In this document: positions 44,430 through 53,162 of the stretch, piece by piece
Numbering within the stretch: position 1 is the stretch's first letter
Layout of the letters: each line of letters opens with the position of its first letter
From: a virus
DNA: 64,000 bases
IMG/VR virus record: IMGVR_UViG_3300012582_000005
Coordinates: 1-64,000 of that record
Strand: one strand, 5' to 3'
Notes under the pieces: model-generated
The model's input: only the letters and a program-made list of their open reading frames with translations
The model's database searches: none
Told to the model about the DNA's origin: nothing
Translations under genes and position numbers: made by a program

Positions 44430-45749
44430 ATGAAGAAAGAACTTTCTGTACTTATTGAAGTTGAAAAAACCACTGGAACAGGCTCACAAGCTATAAAACA
44501 GCAACTTATAAGAGAGAATTATAGTAATATATTGGAATATTTTTTACAAATAGCTTTAGATCCTTTTATTAAAACAAATATTAACAAAATTGATGTTCAA
44601 CGTGAATCTATAACAGATATATCAACTACTATAGATTCTACAAAATTAGTATTGACAAAACTAATTAACTCCAAAGCTGCTAATAATGATTTACGTACTG
44701 AATTACATTTAGTATTAAATGGTGCGGGACTTTCTTATGGAGAAAGAGAAATGCTTGGTAAAATAGTATCTAAATCGCTCAATATAGGTATTGGTGCTAA
44801 ATCTGTTAATAAAGCAGTTGGTAAAACGCTTATACCTGATGTCGATGTGATGTTAGCAGAATCTAACGAAGAAGAAATAAATAGATGGCTTGATACTTAT
44901 GGACATGTGTGGGTAGAAGAGAAATATGATGGTGTTCGTGTAATAGCAATTAAAAAGAATGGTATCATTACATTTTTGACAAGAAATTTCAATCAGCTTA
45001 TAGGGATGTCTAAAGTGGAAAGTGCTGTTGAAAAATTACTTGAAAAATATAATAATGTGTTTGTTGATGGTGAGTTGACAGATTTGGACAGAAAAAGTGT
45101 AAGCGGTAAAGTTAATAGAATTCTTAAAGGTACTGCTCCTGTAAATATAGACGATGATTTTTTATTTCATCTTTTTGATTTTGAAGATGTTAGTATTTTT
45201 GATAAATTGACTAAAACTCCTTATGAAAGAAGGAGAGATATGTTGAATGATGTTCTTAATGAATATCATGTTGATAACAAAGATGTTCTTAGACTTTCTA
45301 CACGTTGGAAAGCTACAACACCCGATGAAATAATGGATATTTATAGAGATTTAATAAAAATTGGCGGCGAGGGTGTAATTGTTAAAAAACCTGAACACAT
45401 TTATGAATTAAAGCGTTCTAAAAATTGGAATAAAATAAAAGAAATTCAAGACTGCGATTTAAAAATTACAGGTTGGTACGAAGGTAAAGGAAAAAGAAAG
45501 GGTAAAGTCGGAGGATTTTGTTGTGAATCTTCTTGTGGTGAATTAAAAGTTGATGTTGGATCTGGTTTTTCTGATGAATTCATTAATGAAATTAGTGAAA
45601 ATCCTGAATATTATATTGGTAAAATTGTAAAAATTATATACAATGTTAGAATAGTTGATAAACATGGAAATCATTCATTATTCTTACCGAGATTAGAAGA
45701 AATTAGAAATGATAAAACAGAAGCAGATAATATAACTAAAATTAAATAA
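44430..45749 (+). CDS. ATP-dependent DNA ligase
   Basis: Motif I is EEKYDGVRV, motif III is FVDGEL, motif IV is GEGVIVKK and motif V is WNKIK. The TTG 44379 extension is rejected because it is the -33 element. Confidence 0.85.
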   Translation: MKKELSVLIEVEKTTGTGSQAIKQQLIRENYSNILEYFLQIALDPFIKTNINKIDVQRESITDISTTIDSTKLVLTKLINSKAANNDLRTELHLVLNGAGLSYGEREMLGKIVSKSLNIGIGAKSVNKAVGKTLIPDVDVMLAESNEEEINRWLDTYGHVWVEEKYDGVRVIAIKKNGIITFLTRNFNQLIGMSKVESAVEKLLEKYNNVFVDGELTDLDRKSVSGKVNRILKGTAPVNIDDDFLFHLFDFEDVSIFDKLTKTPYERRRDMLNDVLNEYHVDNKDVLRLSTRWKATTPDEIMDIYRDLIKIGGEGVIVKKPEHIYELKRSKNWNKIKEIQDCDLKITGWYEGKGKRKGKVGGFCCESSCGELKVDVGSGFSDEFINEISENPEYYIGKIVKIIYNVRIVDKHGNHSLFLPRLEEIRNDKTEADNITKIK

Positions 45750-45750
45750 T

Positions 45751-46281
45751 ATGGATAATAGATATAAAAGATATGAGAGTCCAATTAGATATGAAAAACC
45801 TATTTGGAAAAAATCACTATTATTTATAGTGGTAATATGTGTTATAGGGTTTTTATGTAGAGAACAATTTTCTCAAATTTTTAAAAAACCATTTCATAAA
45901 AATATTGATAATGCATACACTATTACTATTATTGATGACTTTGGTGATACCACCATTGTTTCGGTAAGTCATATTCCAGAATCTACTATTTTAATCCCTG
46001 TAGTTGAATCTAAACCATTAAAAGATACACTTAAAATTAAAAAAGAAAAAATTGTAGCAAAGGTAAAGGTTGATACATCAAAAGTTTCTAAAAATGTAAT
46101 TAATAATGATTATATACAAACTGTCCCTAATATTTCGGAAGAAACTATTCAGAATACTGATATAAAAGATGATATTATACCAGTAGAACCCATTAAAAAA
46201 ATTGATTCAAATATAACTGATAAAATAGAAGAAAAAGTAGTTAAGAAGAGAAGATTTAGATTATTTAAAAGACGAAATTAA
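45751..46281 (+). CDS. Membrane-anchored hypothetical protein
   Basis: An N-terminal TM segment LLFIVVICVIGFL is followed by a K/E-rich tail. Confidence 0.45.
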   Translation: MDNRYKRYESPIRYEKPIWKKSLLFIVVICVIGFLCREQFSQIFKKPFHKNIDNAYTITIIDDFGDTTIVSVSHIPESTILIPVVESKPLKDTLKIKKEKIVAKVKVDTSKVSKNVINNDYIQTVPNISEETIQNTDIKDDIIPVEPIKKIDSNITDKIEEKVVKKRRFRLFKRRN

Positions 46282-46290
46282 TAAATATTT

Positions 46291-46578
46291 ATGAAAAAAT
46301 TTCTTATTATATTGGCTTTATTACCAATATTAACCTTAGCTACAACACTAACATTATCATATTATGAATGTTCTAAATGTAGAACTTTGATTCAATCTAA
46401 TGCATTTCCTTCTGCATTTAATTGTCCGAGTGGTTCTACACACAATTGGTGTAATTTAGGTGAAGTTGGTGATAGAAATTATCAATGTAGAAAGTGTGGT
46501 ATTTTAGTAAAGACAAAAAATTATCCAAATTCATTTAATTGTCCGATGGGTTCTATGCACTATTGGTATAGTTTATAA
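46291..46578 (+). CDS. Small secreted Cys-rich protein with an internal duplication
   Basis: After a signal peptide, the unit C-x-K-C...FNCP-x-GS-x-H-x-W occurs twice. Confidence 0.5.
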   Translation: MKKFLIILALLPILTLATTLTLSYYECSKCRTLIQSNAFPSAFNCPSGSTHNWCNLGEVGDRNYQCRKCGILVKTKNYPNSFNCPMGSMHYWYSL

Positions 46579-46580
46579 AA

Positions 46581-47837
46581 TTAAGTAGTTCCTTCTTTAG
46601 AATTATCTGATTTTTCAGTTCTTTCTTTATAGTGTTTTCCCATTTGATTTATCTTATTAGTCATTTCTTCAAATTTGGTTGGTTTATTGGGTTTAACTTC
46701 TTGACTTGGTTCAGCTTTTATTTTAGAAGGAAGTTCTTCAGCTGCTACAGCAACTTCTTCTTTGGGTTCTTCTTTTTTAGGCTCTACTTTTATTTGTTCG
46801 GATGGGCGGTTAGGTGCGAATGCTAATCTTTTAATGAATACCAATAAATCAAATTCAGTTTGACCATCAATATTTCTCATATGAGGCTTACCCAAAGCAT
46901 CACCCATAATCCATTTTAAGACTTTATATTGACCCAAATACTTATCACGTGAATATACTCTGACAATTTTGTTCTTCTCACCCAAAGCCCCCAAAATAGC
47001 TATATAATGATTTGATGTAATAGACTTTAAGAAAGTCATTCTAATGAGTTTTTTATCATCTTCATTAATATTTGGATTTACGAAAGGTTCTCCTAAATTT
47101 AGCTTAGTATCTGTTTTATCAACTTCTATAGAATCATTGAGACTTATTTGTTCTTTATTTTGAATAATGTTTTTTTGAATTAATGTCTTTTGATTATTTC
47201 TAATTTTATTGAAGTCAGCGGCAGCAATAATACCGCCTCTCATACCCTTATCGTTCATATTATATCCCGCAGGAGGTAGTCTAAAGAAATGTCCTGTAAA
47301 AGACATTGAAAGTATTCTGTCTGTTCTAAACATTCTCCATGTCTTATCAACTTTACCATTTTGTGACAATGACCATCCTTTCAAGTGATATGCTCTTAAA
47401 AGTGGTTTACCTTTACTGCTTGTACCAACAACCATTGGATAAATAACTCTCTGTCTTCCTTGAACGAAATCATCTTTATCACCTCTATATTGAATCTGTA
47501 GAATCATACCATAATTAATAGCTATAGACATTAATTCTTTGCTATATTTAAGCTCTTTATTTGGTGGAAATTTAGTAAATAATGGATTTGTATATTTTTT
47601 AATATTAAATCTCGGAACATATGTATTATCTTCATTAAGTTTAATTTCTGGATAATAATCATGTCGTAATACAAATTCTACTACTTTTTTATTATTATTT
47701 TCATAATATTTTATATCATTAACCTTTCTTTCTAAATGTAGAGTTGTGTGCGCGGTTTGAACTTCTACAATTTTATCCCAATTTCTCAATCTTGCTAAAT
47801 TTGCTCTTCTAGCTGAATCCGAATATAAATAACCCAT
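46581..47837 (-). CDS. WYL-domain-like protein with K/E/P-rich C-terminal tail
   Basis: RQRVIYPMVV...KPLLRAYHLKGWS...TWRMFRTDRILSMSFTGHFF follows the WYL-domain pattern (r.v.P..l...wyl.a...rtFrldRI). Confidence 0.45.
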   Translation of the reverse strand: MGYLYSDSARRANLARLRNWDKIVEVQTAHTTLHLERKVNDIKYYENNNKKVVEFVLRHDYYPEIKLNEDNTYVPRFNIKKYTNPLFTKFPPNKELKYSKELMSIAINYGMILQIQYRGDKDDFVQGRQRVIYPMVVGTSSKGKPLLRAYHLKGWSLSQNGKVDKTWRMFRTDRILSMSFTGHFFRLPPAGYNMNDKGMRGGIIAAADFNKIRNNQKTLIQKNIIQNKEQISLNDSIEVDKTDTKLNLGEPFVNPNINEDDKKLIRMTFLKSITSNHYIAILGALGEKNKIVRVYSRDKYLGQYKVLKWIMGDALGKPHMRNIDGQTEFDLLVFIKRLAFAPNRPSEQIKVEPKKEEPKEEVAVAAEELPSKIKAEPSQEVKPNKPTKFEEMTNKINQMGKHYKERTEKSDNSKEGTT

Positions 47838-47855
47838 TAAATTGATTTGGTTAAT

Positions 47856-47876
47856 TTTTATTATATATTAAATTTT
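47856..47876 (-). promoter_or_regulatory. Late-promoter-like element
   Basis: The minus strand reads AAATTTAATATATAATAAAAA, 18 nt before ATG 47837. Confidence 0.3.
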
Positions 47877-47887
47877 AACTGTCCAAG

Positions 47888-47899
47888 AATAATATATAG
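47888..47899 (+). promoter_or_regulatory. Late-promoter-like element
   Basis: AATAATATATAG lies 3 nt before ATG 47903. Confidence 0.3.
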
Positions 47900-47902
47900 T
47901 TC

Positions 47903-48313
47903 ATGAAGTACTTAAAATTATACGAAAATTTCTCAGAAGAATGGGATGATGAAGATGAAGAGGAGGAAGATGATACGCTCGATTCAGTATTTGAAATTAT
48001 TAATGGGTATGGTGGTTATGATACATATATTAAAGTAAACTATAATGAATTAAGAAGATATTTTGAAGTTAACGGTATATTAATTGAAGGTATAATGGTT
48101 GAAAATAATAAAGATTGGGGTGATGAACAATTTAGTGAATATGAATTATATTCTCATATTTATCCCCGATATGATAAAGTTGATGAAGAAGTAATTTTAA
48201 AAATAGATAATGATTTTAAGAGTTTATCTTTTATAGAAACTATTGTAAACAATATAAAATACAATACATTTATTTTAAATTTTAAACGTGGAATTGGTGT
48301 AGAATTATGTTAA
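47903..48313 (+). CDS. Acidic hypothetical protein with CTS-like leader (MKYLKLYENFSEE)
   Basis: The run EEWDDEDEEEEDDTLD follows the leader. Confidence 0.45.
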   Translation: MKYLKLYENFSEEWDDEDEEEEDDTLDSVFEIINGYGGYDTYIKVNYNELRRYFEVNGILIEGIMVENNKDWGDEQFSEYELYSHIYPRYDKVDEEVILKIDNDFKSLSFIETIVNNIKYNTFILNFKRGIGVELC

Positions 48314-48329
48314 AAAATAAATATTAAAA

Positions 48330-48740
48330 ATGAAATCATTTAAAAAGTTTGTTGCTGATGCAAGTAGAAGAAAAGAGAAAGAGGTAGAAAAGCCTTTCGA
48401 AATGCCAAAAAAAGGAAATACTTTGGAACCTCTTACTAATGATTTAGAGCCCATTCAAGATGAAATTGAAAAACAACAAAAACCTATCAAGTTAAAAGAT
48501 AATGATTGGGAAATTGTGAGCATAATTGATTTTACAAAAGAAGAGCCGCAAATAAAAGAAGCTGTTATTGTTAATGCTGATTTGGGAAATACAGAAGTTT
48601 CGCGCGGTGATATTATATACATAACAGCAATGCTTAGAAAAAAGGATGCTAAATATTATTCACAAAATGTTATTGGTGTTCTAAAGACTAGAGTAGTGGA
48701 CATATATAATTCGTTATCAATATTGAACAATCTAAAATAA
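48330..48740 (+). CDS. Hypothetical protein (weak leader MKSFKKFVAD)
   Basis: 136-aa ORF. Confidence 0.45.
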   Translation: MKSFKKFVADASRRKEKEVEKPFEMPKKGNTLEPLTNDLEPIQDEIEKQQKPIKLKDNDWEIVSIIDFTKEEPQIKEAVIVNADLGNTEVSRGDIIYITAMLRKKDAKYYSQNVIGVLKTRVVDIYNSLSILNNLK

Positions 48741-48947
48741 TTATTTTTTATCATTTAAGTAAATGAATTTAATTACCAATAAGTAAATGAATGCTAATAC
48801 CATATTCCAAAAAGGAAATAGAAAAAACATTTTATACGAAAACGAAAGATTAATTCTTTTCTTGGTGTCAATATGTCTTGCCCATTTACAAAGTAGAAAT
48901 GTAACAGGGTAAGAAGCCATCATTATATCAATATAAACCTCTCGCAT
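48741..48947 (-). CDS. Small membrane protein
   Basis: 68 aa with two hydrophobic segments. Confidence 0.35.
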   Translation of the reverse strand: MREVYIDIMMASYPVTFLLCKWARHIDTKKRINLSFSYKMFFLFPFWNMVLAFIYLLVIKFIYLNDKK

Positions 48948-48966
48948 TAAATTATTATATCTTTAA

Positions 48967-49632
48967 TTATTTTATAAATAGTTTTGAATCTATTATTTTT
49001 ACTGATGGTGATGCTGTAATAGTATACTTTTTTAATTTTTCAATAAATGTATCAAATTCGGTAGATTGTGCATGTATTATGCCGTTTAGAGTTCTGATGT
49101 GTCCCTTTTCAAGCTTTGATTTATATTTTTCAAAACTTTCATCAAGTGTAATCAAATATGATTTAGAACCTTTATGTACGTCTTTTAACATCAATGATTC
49201 AAAATCAGATTGTTTATATCGTTCTCTCAAAGTTGTTTTTGCACTTATACATAAAGGACCAACTTCTTTGCTGTACATCATAATATCAAAATTTATGTCT
49301 GCAACAAAAGATACTTTAGCACCCATGTAAAATGGAATTATGTTTTCTCTATATAAAAGTGTTGCTAAAATGTATTCAAAAATTTTACCATTTTGGCTAT
49401 TATTTTTATTTTTAATTTTAGTTGTATAGCTATCCCAATATTTTTTAATGTATTCGGATGGAGTATTGTATTCTAAATTTCTGAAATCTCCTTCTAAACT
49501 TTCAAATATCACTGCTACTTTTGTAGATTTAGATTTTCCAGTTACTATACCTATATCTTGTAATAAGCACATCGTGTAATATAATATTTTAGTATTATAC
49601 ACAGAAAAAGAAATCAGTTTGATTAAAAACAT
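48967..49632 (-). CDS. PD-(D/E)xK nuclease-like protein
   Basis: GKIFEYILATLL...VADINFDIMMY...LCISAKTTLRERYKQ forms a D...(S)xK core. The alternative start ATG 49572 is equally plausible. Confidence 0.4.
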   Translation of the reverse strand: MFLIKLISFSVYNTKILYYTMCLLQDIGIVTGKSKSTKVAVIFESLEGDFRNLEYNTPSEYIKKYWDSYTTKIKNKNNSQNGKIFEYILATLLYRENIIPFYMGAKVSFVADINFDIMMYSKEVGPLCISAKTTLRERYKQSDFESLMLKDVHKGSKSYLITLDESFEKYKSKLEKGHIRTLNGIIHAQSTEFDTFIEKLKKYTITASPSVKIIDSKLFIK

Positions 49633-49661
49633 AAAAAAGACTTGTAAATTTACAAGTCTTT
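49631..49661 (-). terminator. Intrinsic terminator (minus strand)
   Basis: A perfect 26-nt palindrome AAAGACTTGTAAATTTACAAGTCTTT is followed by TTTTTT on the minus strand. Confidence 0.6.
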
Positions 49662-49673
49662 AAATATTTACAT

Positions 49674-51401
49674 TCAGCCATCGTCTTCATTACCGTCTTC
49701 GTCATCATAATCATAGTCATATTCATCACCAGGTAATTGCCTATCTTGTATTCTATATGCGAATAAATTATCTGTTAAAGGTATTTGAATATCGTCAACA
49801 GCAAGTTTATTACGTTTATTTGCAATTTGTTCAGGTGTAGTTCTTTCAGCAAAGAATATAGGATCAATAAATGGTTTCATTGCACGATAGAGATTGTGTT
49901 TAGTAATTCTATTTTTCTTATCAGGTACAGGAACTCTTTCCACAGTACCATCTTTCTTCTTAACTTTTTTGAATGGCTGTTCATCTGCCCATTTAGCAAT
50001 TTCATCAAAATTAACAGACCCGTTATACCATTTCAAAAGTTTTTCTGTAGACTTTCTATTTCTTGTTTTTGTGTCAGGTTTTAATTCTGATGTTTCTATA
50101 TTAGCATCATAAAATGCTTGAACATTTACATAATTTTTATAAATATCTTGTCTATAAACCATTTCATCGGTTAAATAACTATAAGTAGCTTTGTTAGCTT
50201 CTTCCTCAGTCATTACTTTGAATGTTCCTTTATCAGTGACATATATGTTTTTTTCAATTTCGAAAATATCTTCTGGTGTATGGTTTAGATAAGTAGCGAG
50301 TGCCATTAATCTACTATCTTTAGTAGCATTTGGATTAGTTTTAATACTTCTCGCAGCTAAAGTATCCATATACGGTGCGCCCAAACCAATATTAGTAAAG
50401 AAATAATTTCCACCTTTATATTCATTCTTCATTCCCGTATATTTCGTAACAATTTTATGGAAGAATTGTTTTAAAACACCAGGATATACCATATCAAAGA
50501 ATATTTGACCTTTAACATTTCTAATTAAACATCTTGAAAATATAGTAAAAGGTACAATGTTTTTCTTTTTATCTGTGAACGGTGTATTGAATTTTAGATA
50601 AGCAATTTTAACGTTTGAATCAAATAAATTTGCTGGTAAATGCTTATTATGTGATCCACTATAAAGATTTTGACACGAATCATAAAATTTTGATATGGAC
50701 ATATTTAACATATCTTCTGACTTAGAAGATATGTAAAGCTGTAAGTCGTATTTAGAAAATAAATCAATGTCAAAATTTCTATCAACAGCCATTGAAAGAA
50801 TATTAGTAAAGGCTGGATTAATAAATGGGTTTTTCATATCATTCTCTCCAGGGAAAGCTAACATATAACTTTCATAAAAACCATTGAAGTTGGATATGTT
50901 ATTTGATAGAATAATTTCACCAGGTTCTTTATTTCTATATGTTGGTAGATTGTCTTCACCTAATAATGGTTTTCCATTATCTCCTTTTATCATTATTCTA
51001 TTACCTCTTGTTTCTCCAATGCTAATTAATTTATAAATATTAGAAGTCATTAATTTTAAATCAAGCAAAGATGGTTTTTCGATATCAATAACACCATCTA
51101 TGGTTTTAGCTTCTTTTATAGTGTTGATAAATTTAGTTGATGGTTTCCATCCTTCGAGAAGCAATTCAATTTTTTTAACGTTCACCATAAACATCGATTG
51201 TATTGCTTCATCTTTCTCTTCTTTGGTCAATATCCATTCACCCTCGGTTAAGTTTTCGGCTTTATCAGGAACTTCCATATCAAGATATTTTTTACCAATC
51301 CTCTTGGTTAAAATCTTTTTATGGTGATCAGGAATTTGATCTTTTAGTGCTTCTTTTACTTGAAATTCTTCAAGAGATTTAATATTTTTACTATTCTTCA
51401 T
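49674..51401 (-). CDS. Paralogue family member 1 (575 aa), with CTS-like leader
   Basis: It shares the core DLQLYISSKSEDMLNMSISKFYDSCQNLYSG...FSRCLIRNVKG with the next two genes. The C-terminus is acidic. Confidence 0.7.
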   Translation of the reverse strand: MKNSKNIKSLEEFQVKEALKDQIPDHHKKILTKRIGKKYLDMEVPDKAENLTEGEWILTKEEKDEAIQSMFMVNVKKIELLLEGWKPSTKFINTIKEAKTIDGVIDIEKPSLLDLKLMTSNIYKLISIGETRGNRIMIKGDNGKPLLGEDNLPTYRNKEPGEIILSNNISNFNGFYESYMLAFPGENDMKNPFINPAFTNILSMAVDRNFDIDLFSKYDLQLYISSKSEDMLNMSISKFYDSCQNLYSGSHNKHLPANLFDSNVKIAYLKFNTPFTDKKKNIVPFTIFSRCLIRNVKGQIFFDMVYPGVLKQFFHKIVTKYTGMKNEYKGGNYFFTNIGLGAPYMDTLAARSIKTNPNATKDSRLMALATYLNHTPEDIFEIEKNIYVTDKGTFKVMTEEEANKATYSYLTDEMVYRQDIYKNYVNVQAFYDANIETSELKPDTKTRNRKSTEKLLKWYNGSVNFDEIAKWADEQPFKKVKKKDGTVERVPVPDKKNRITKHNLYRAMKPFIDPIFFAERTTPEQIANKRNKLAVDDIQIPLTDNLFAYRIQDRQLPGDEYDYDYDDEDGNEDDG

Positions 51402-51450
51402 TGAAAATAAGTTTTTATGATATATAAATAATATATTGAATAAATATAAA

Positions 51451-53085
51451 TTAATTTCTCTTCTTTATTTCTTGTTTGTATGCGAAATAGTCACCCATGT
51501 TAATTTCATTTTCATCAACTGAAAGTTTATTTCTTTTACTTGAAATACTTTCATCGGTTAATCTTTCTTCCCAGAATTTTGAATCCAAATACGGTTTCAT
51601 AAAACGATAAAGATTGTGTTTGGTGATATTATGTTTATTATTTCCACCAAATTTTTTAGGATCAAATCCTAAATCTGAACCACGCCTTTCATCATCATCT
51701 TCATTTAAATCTCTTTTTTTCTTTTTTTCTTTTTTAGGTGTTGGTGGTTCTTCTGCCCATTTAGTAATTTCATCAAAGTCACATGATCCACTATAGTTAA
51801 CCAAACATTTACTTTTATTTTCTTCGAAGAATTTTTCGATATCAACATATTTTTTGTAAATATCTTGCTTATAAATCATTTCTTCTGTAATATAATGTTT
51901 AGTTGCATTTAAAGCTTCTTCGATAGATAACACAAGAAAGTCTCCTTGGTCAGTTCCATAAACATTCTTATCAGCTTCGAGTATATAATCAGCTTCAGTT
52001 TTTAAGAATTTAGCTAATGCTTGAAGTTTTATGTCTTTGTAAGCATCAGGATTGAATTTAATAGGAACACCGATTACACTATCAAAATAAGGACGACCTA
52101 ATCCAACTTCGGTATAATAATAAGTCTTTGATTCTTTATCAGCAAAAGAATTCTTCATTCCTGTATATTTTTCAATGATTGAGTGTACAAATAATCTCAA
52201 ATCATTTGAAAATTTAGGGTATACCATATCAAAATAAATTCTACCTTTAATGTTTCTAACTATGCATCTTGTAAAAGATGTAAAGGGCATAACATTTCCA
52301 TTTCTATCGGTATATGGTGTATTAAATTTTAAATAAGCAATTTTACAGTTCTTATCGAACAAATTTGGCGCAAGACAATTATTTTGAGCACCACTATAAA
52401 GATTTTGACATGAATCATAAAATTTGGAAATTGACATATTCAACATATCTTCTGGCTTAGATGATATGTAAAGCTGTAAGTCGAATTTGGTAAATAGCTC
52501 AAAGTCGAAATTACCCTGTTTTACATAAGAAAGAACTTCTGTAAACTCTCTACTCATGAAAGGATTTTCTATTTTAGCGTCACATGCAGAATTATAAGAC
52601 TCTAAGAAAGCATTGAAGTTAGATTTATTGTTTGAAAATACAATTTCACCTTTCTTTTTATCTACTTTTTTAGGCATTTTCAATAATCCTTCCGTAATAG
52701 GATGACCGTTATCATTTCTAAGAATCATTTTATCACCTTTTGTTTCACCAACATTAATAAGCTTAAAACTGTTAGAATTAAGCATTTTAATATCAATAAT
52801 TGATGGTTTTAAAAGATTAATTGCGTCTTTAGTAGTTCTTGAAAGCTCAAAAATTTCTAAAAAATGCTCAGTTGGTTTAAATTTAGCCAATACTTTATCA
52901 ATACCCTTAACGTCAACACCAAAAAGAAGTTGGATAACACCATCCTTTTCCTCTTTAGTTAATGTCCATTCACCCTCAATAATGTTTTCAGCCTTTGTGG
53001 GTAATTCAAGATTTAGGTATTTTTTACCTATTTTTTTATCCATCAATTCTAATTGATGTTTTGGTAAGAGGTCTTTTAACGACAT
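51451..53085 (-). CDS. Paralogue family member 2 (544 aa), no leader
   Basis: It has the same conserved core. Its N-terminus MSLKDLLPKHQ aligns with the post-leader ALKDQIPDHH of member 1. Confidence 0.7.
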   Translation of the reverse strand: MSLKDLLPKHQLELMDKKIGKKYLNLELPTKAENIIEGEWTLTKEEKDGVIQLLFGVDVKGIDKVLAKFKPTEHFLEIFELSRTTKDAINLLKPSIIDIKMLNSNSFKLINVGETKGDKMILRNDNGHPITEGLLKMPKKVDKKKGEIVFSNNKSNFNAFLESYNSACDAKIENPFMSREFTEVLSYVKQGNFDFELFTKFDLQLYISSKPEDMLNMSISKFYDSCQNLYSGAQNNCLAPNLFDKNCKIAYLKFNTPYTDRNGNVMPFTSFTRCIVRNIKGRIYFDMVYPKFSNDLRLFVHSIIEKYTGMKNSFADKESKTYYYTEVGLGRPYFDSVIGVPIKFNPDAYKDIKLQALAKFLKTEADYILEADKNVYGTDQGDFLVLSIEEALNATKHYITEEMIYKQDIYKKYVDIEKFFEENKSKCLVNYSGSCDFDEITKWAEEPPTPKKEKKKKRDLNEDDDERRGSDLGFDPKKFGGNNKHNITKHNLYRFMKPYLDSKFWEERLTDESISSKRNKLSVDENEINMGDYFAYKQEIKKRN

Positions 53086-53114
53086 ATGTTATTGCTTTTT
53101 CAAATACATTTATA

Positions 53115-53144
53115 CAAATATACCATAAAAGTTTTAAAAACCAA
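53115..53144 (-). promoter_or_regulatory. Bacteroidota-type promoter for paralogue 2
   Basis: The minus strand reads TTG (53144-53142), N19, TATATTTG (53122-53115), 30 nt before the ATG. Confidence 0.45.
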
Positions 53145-53162
53145 CATTTTTTTAAAAAAAGT

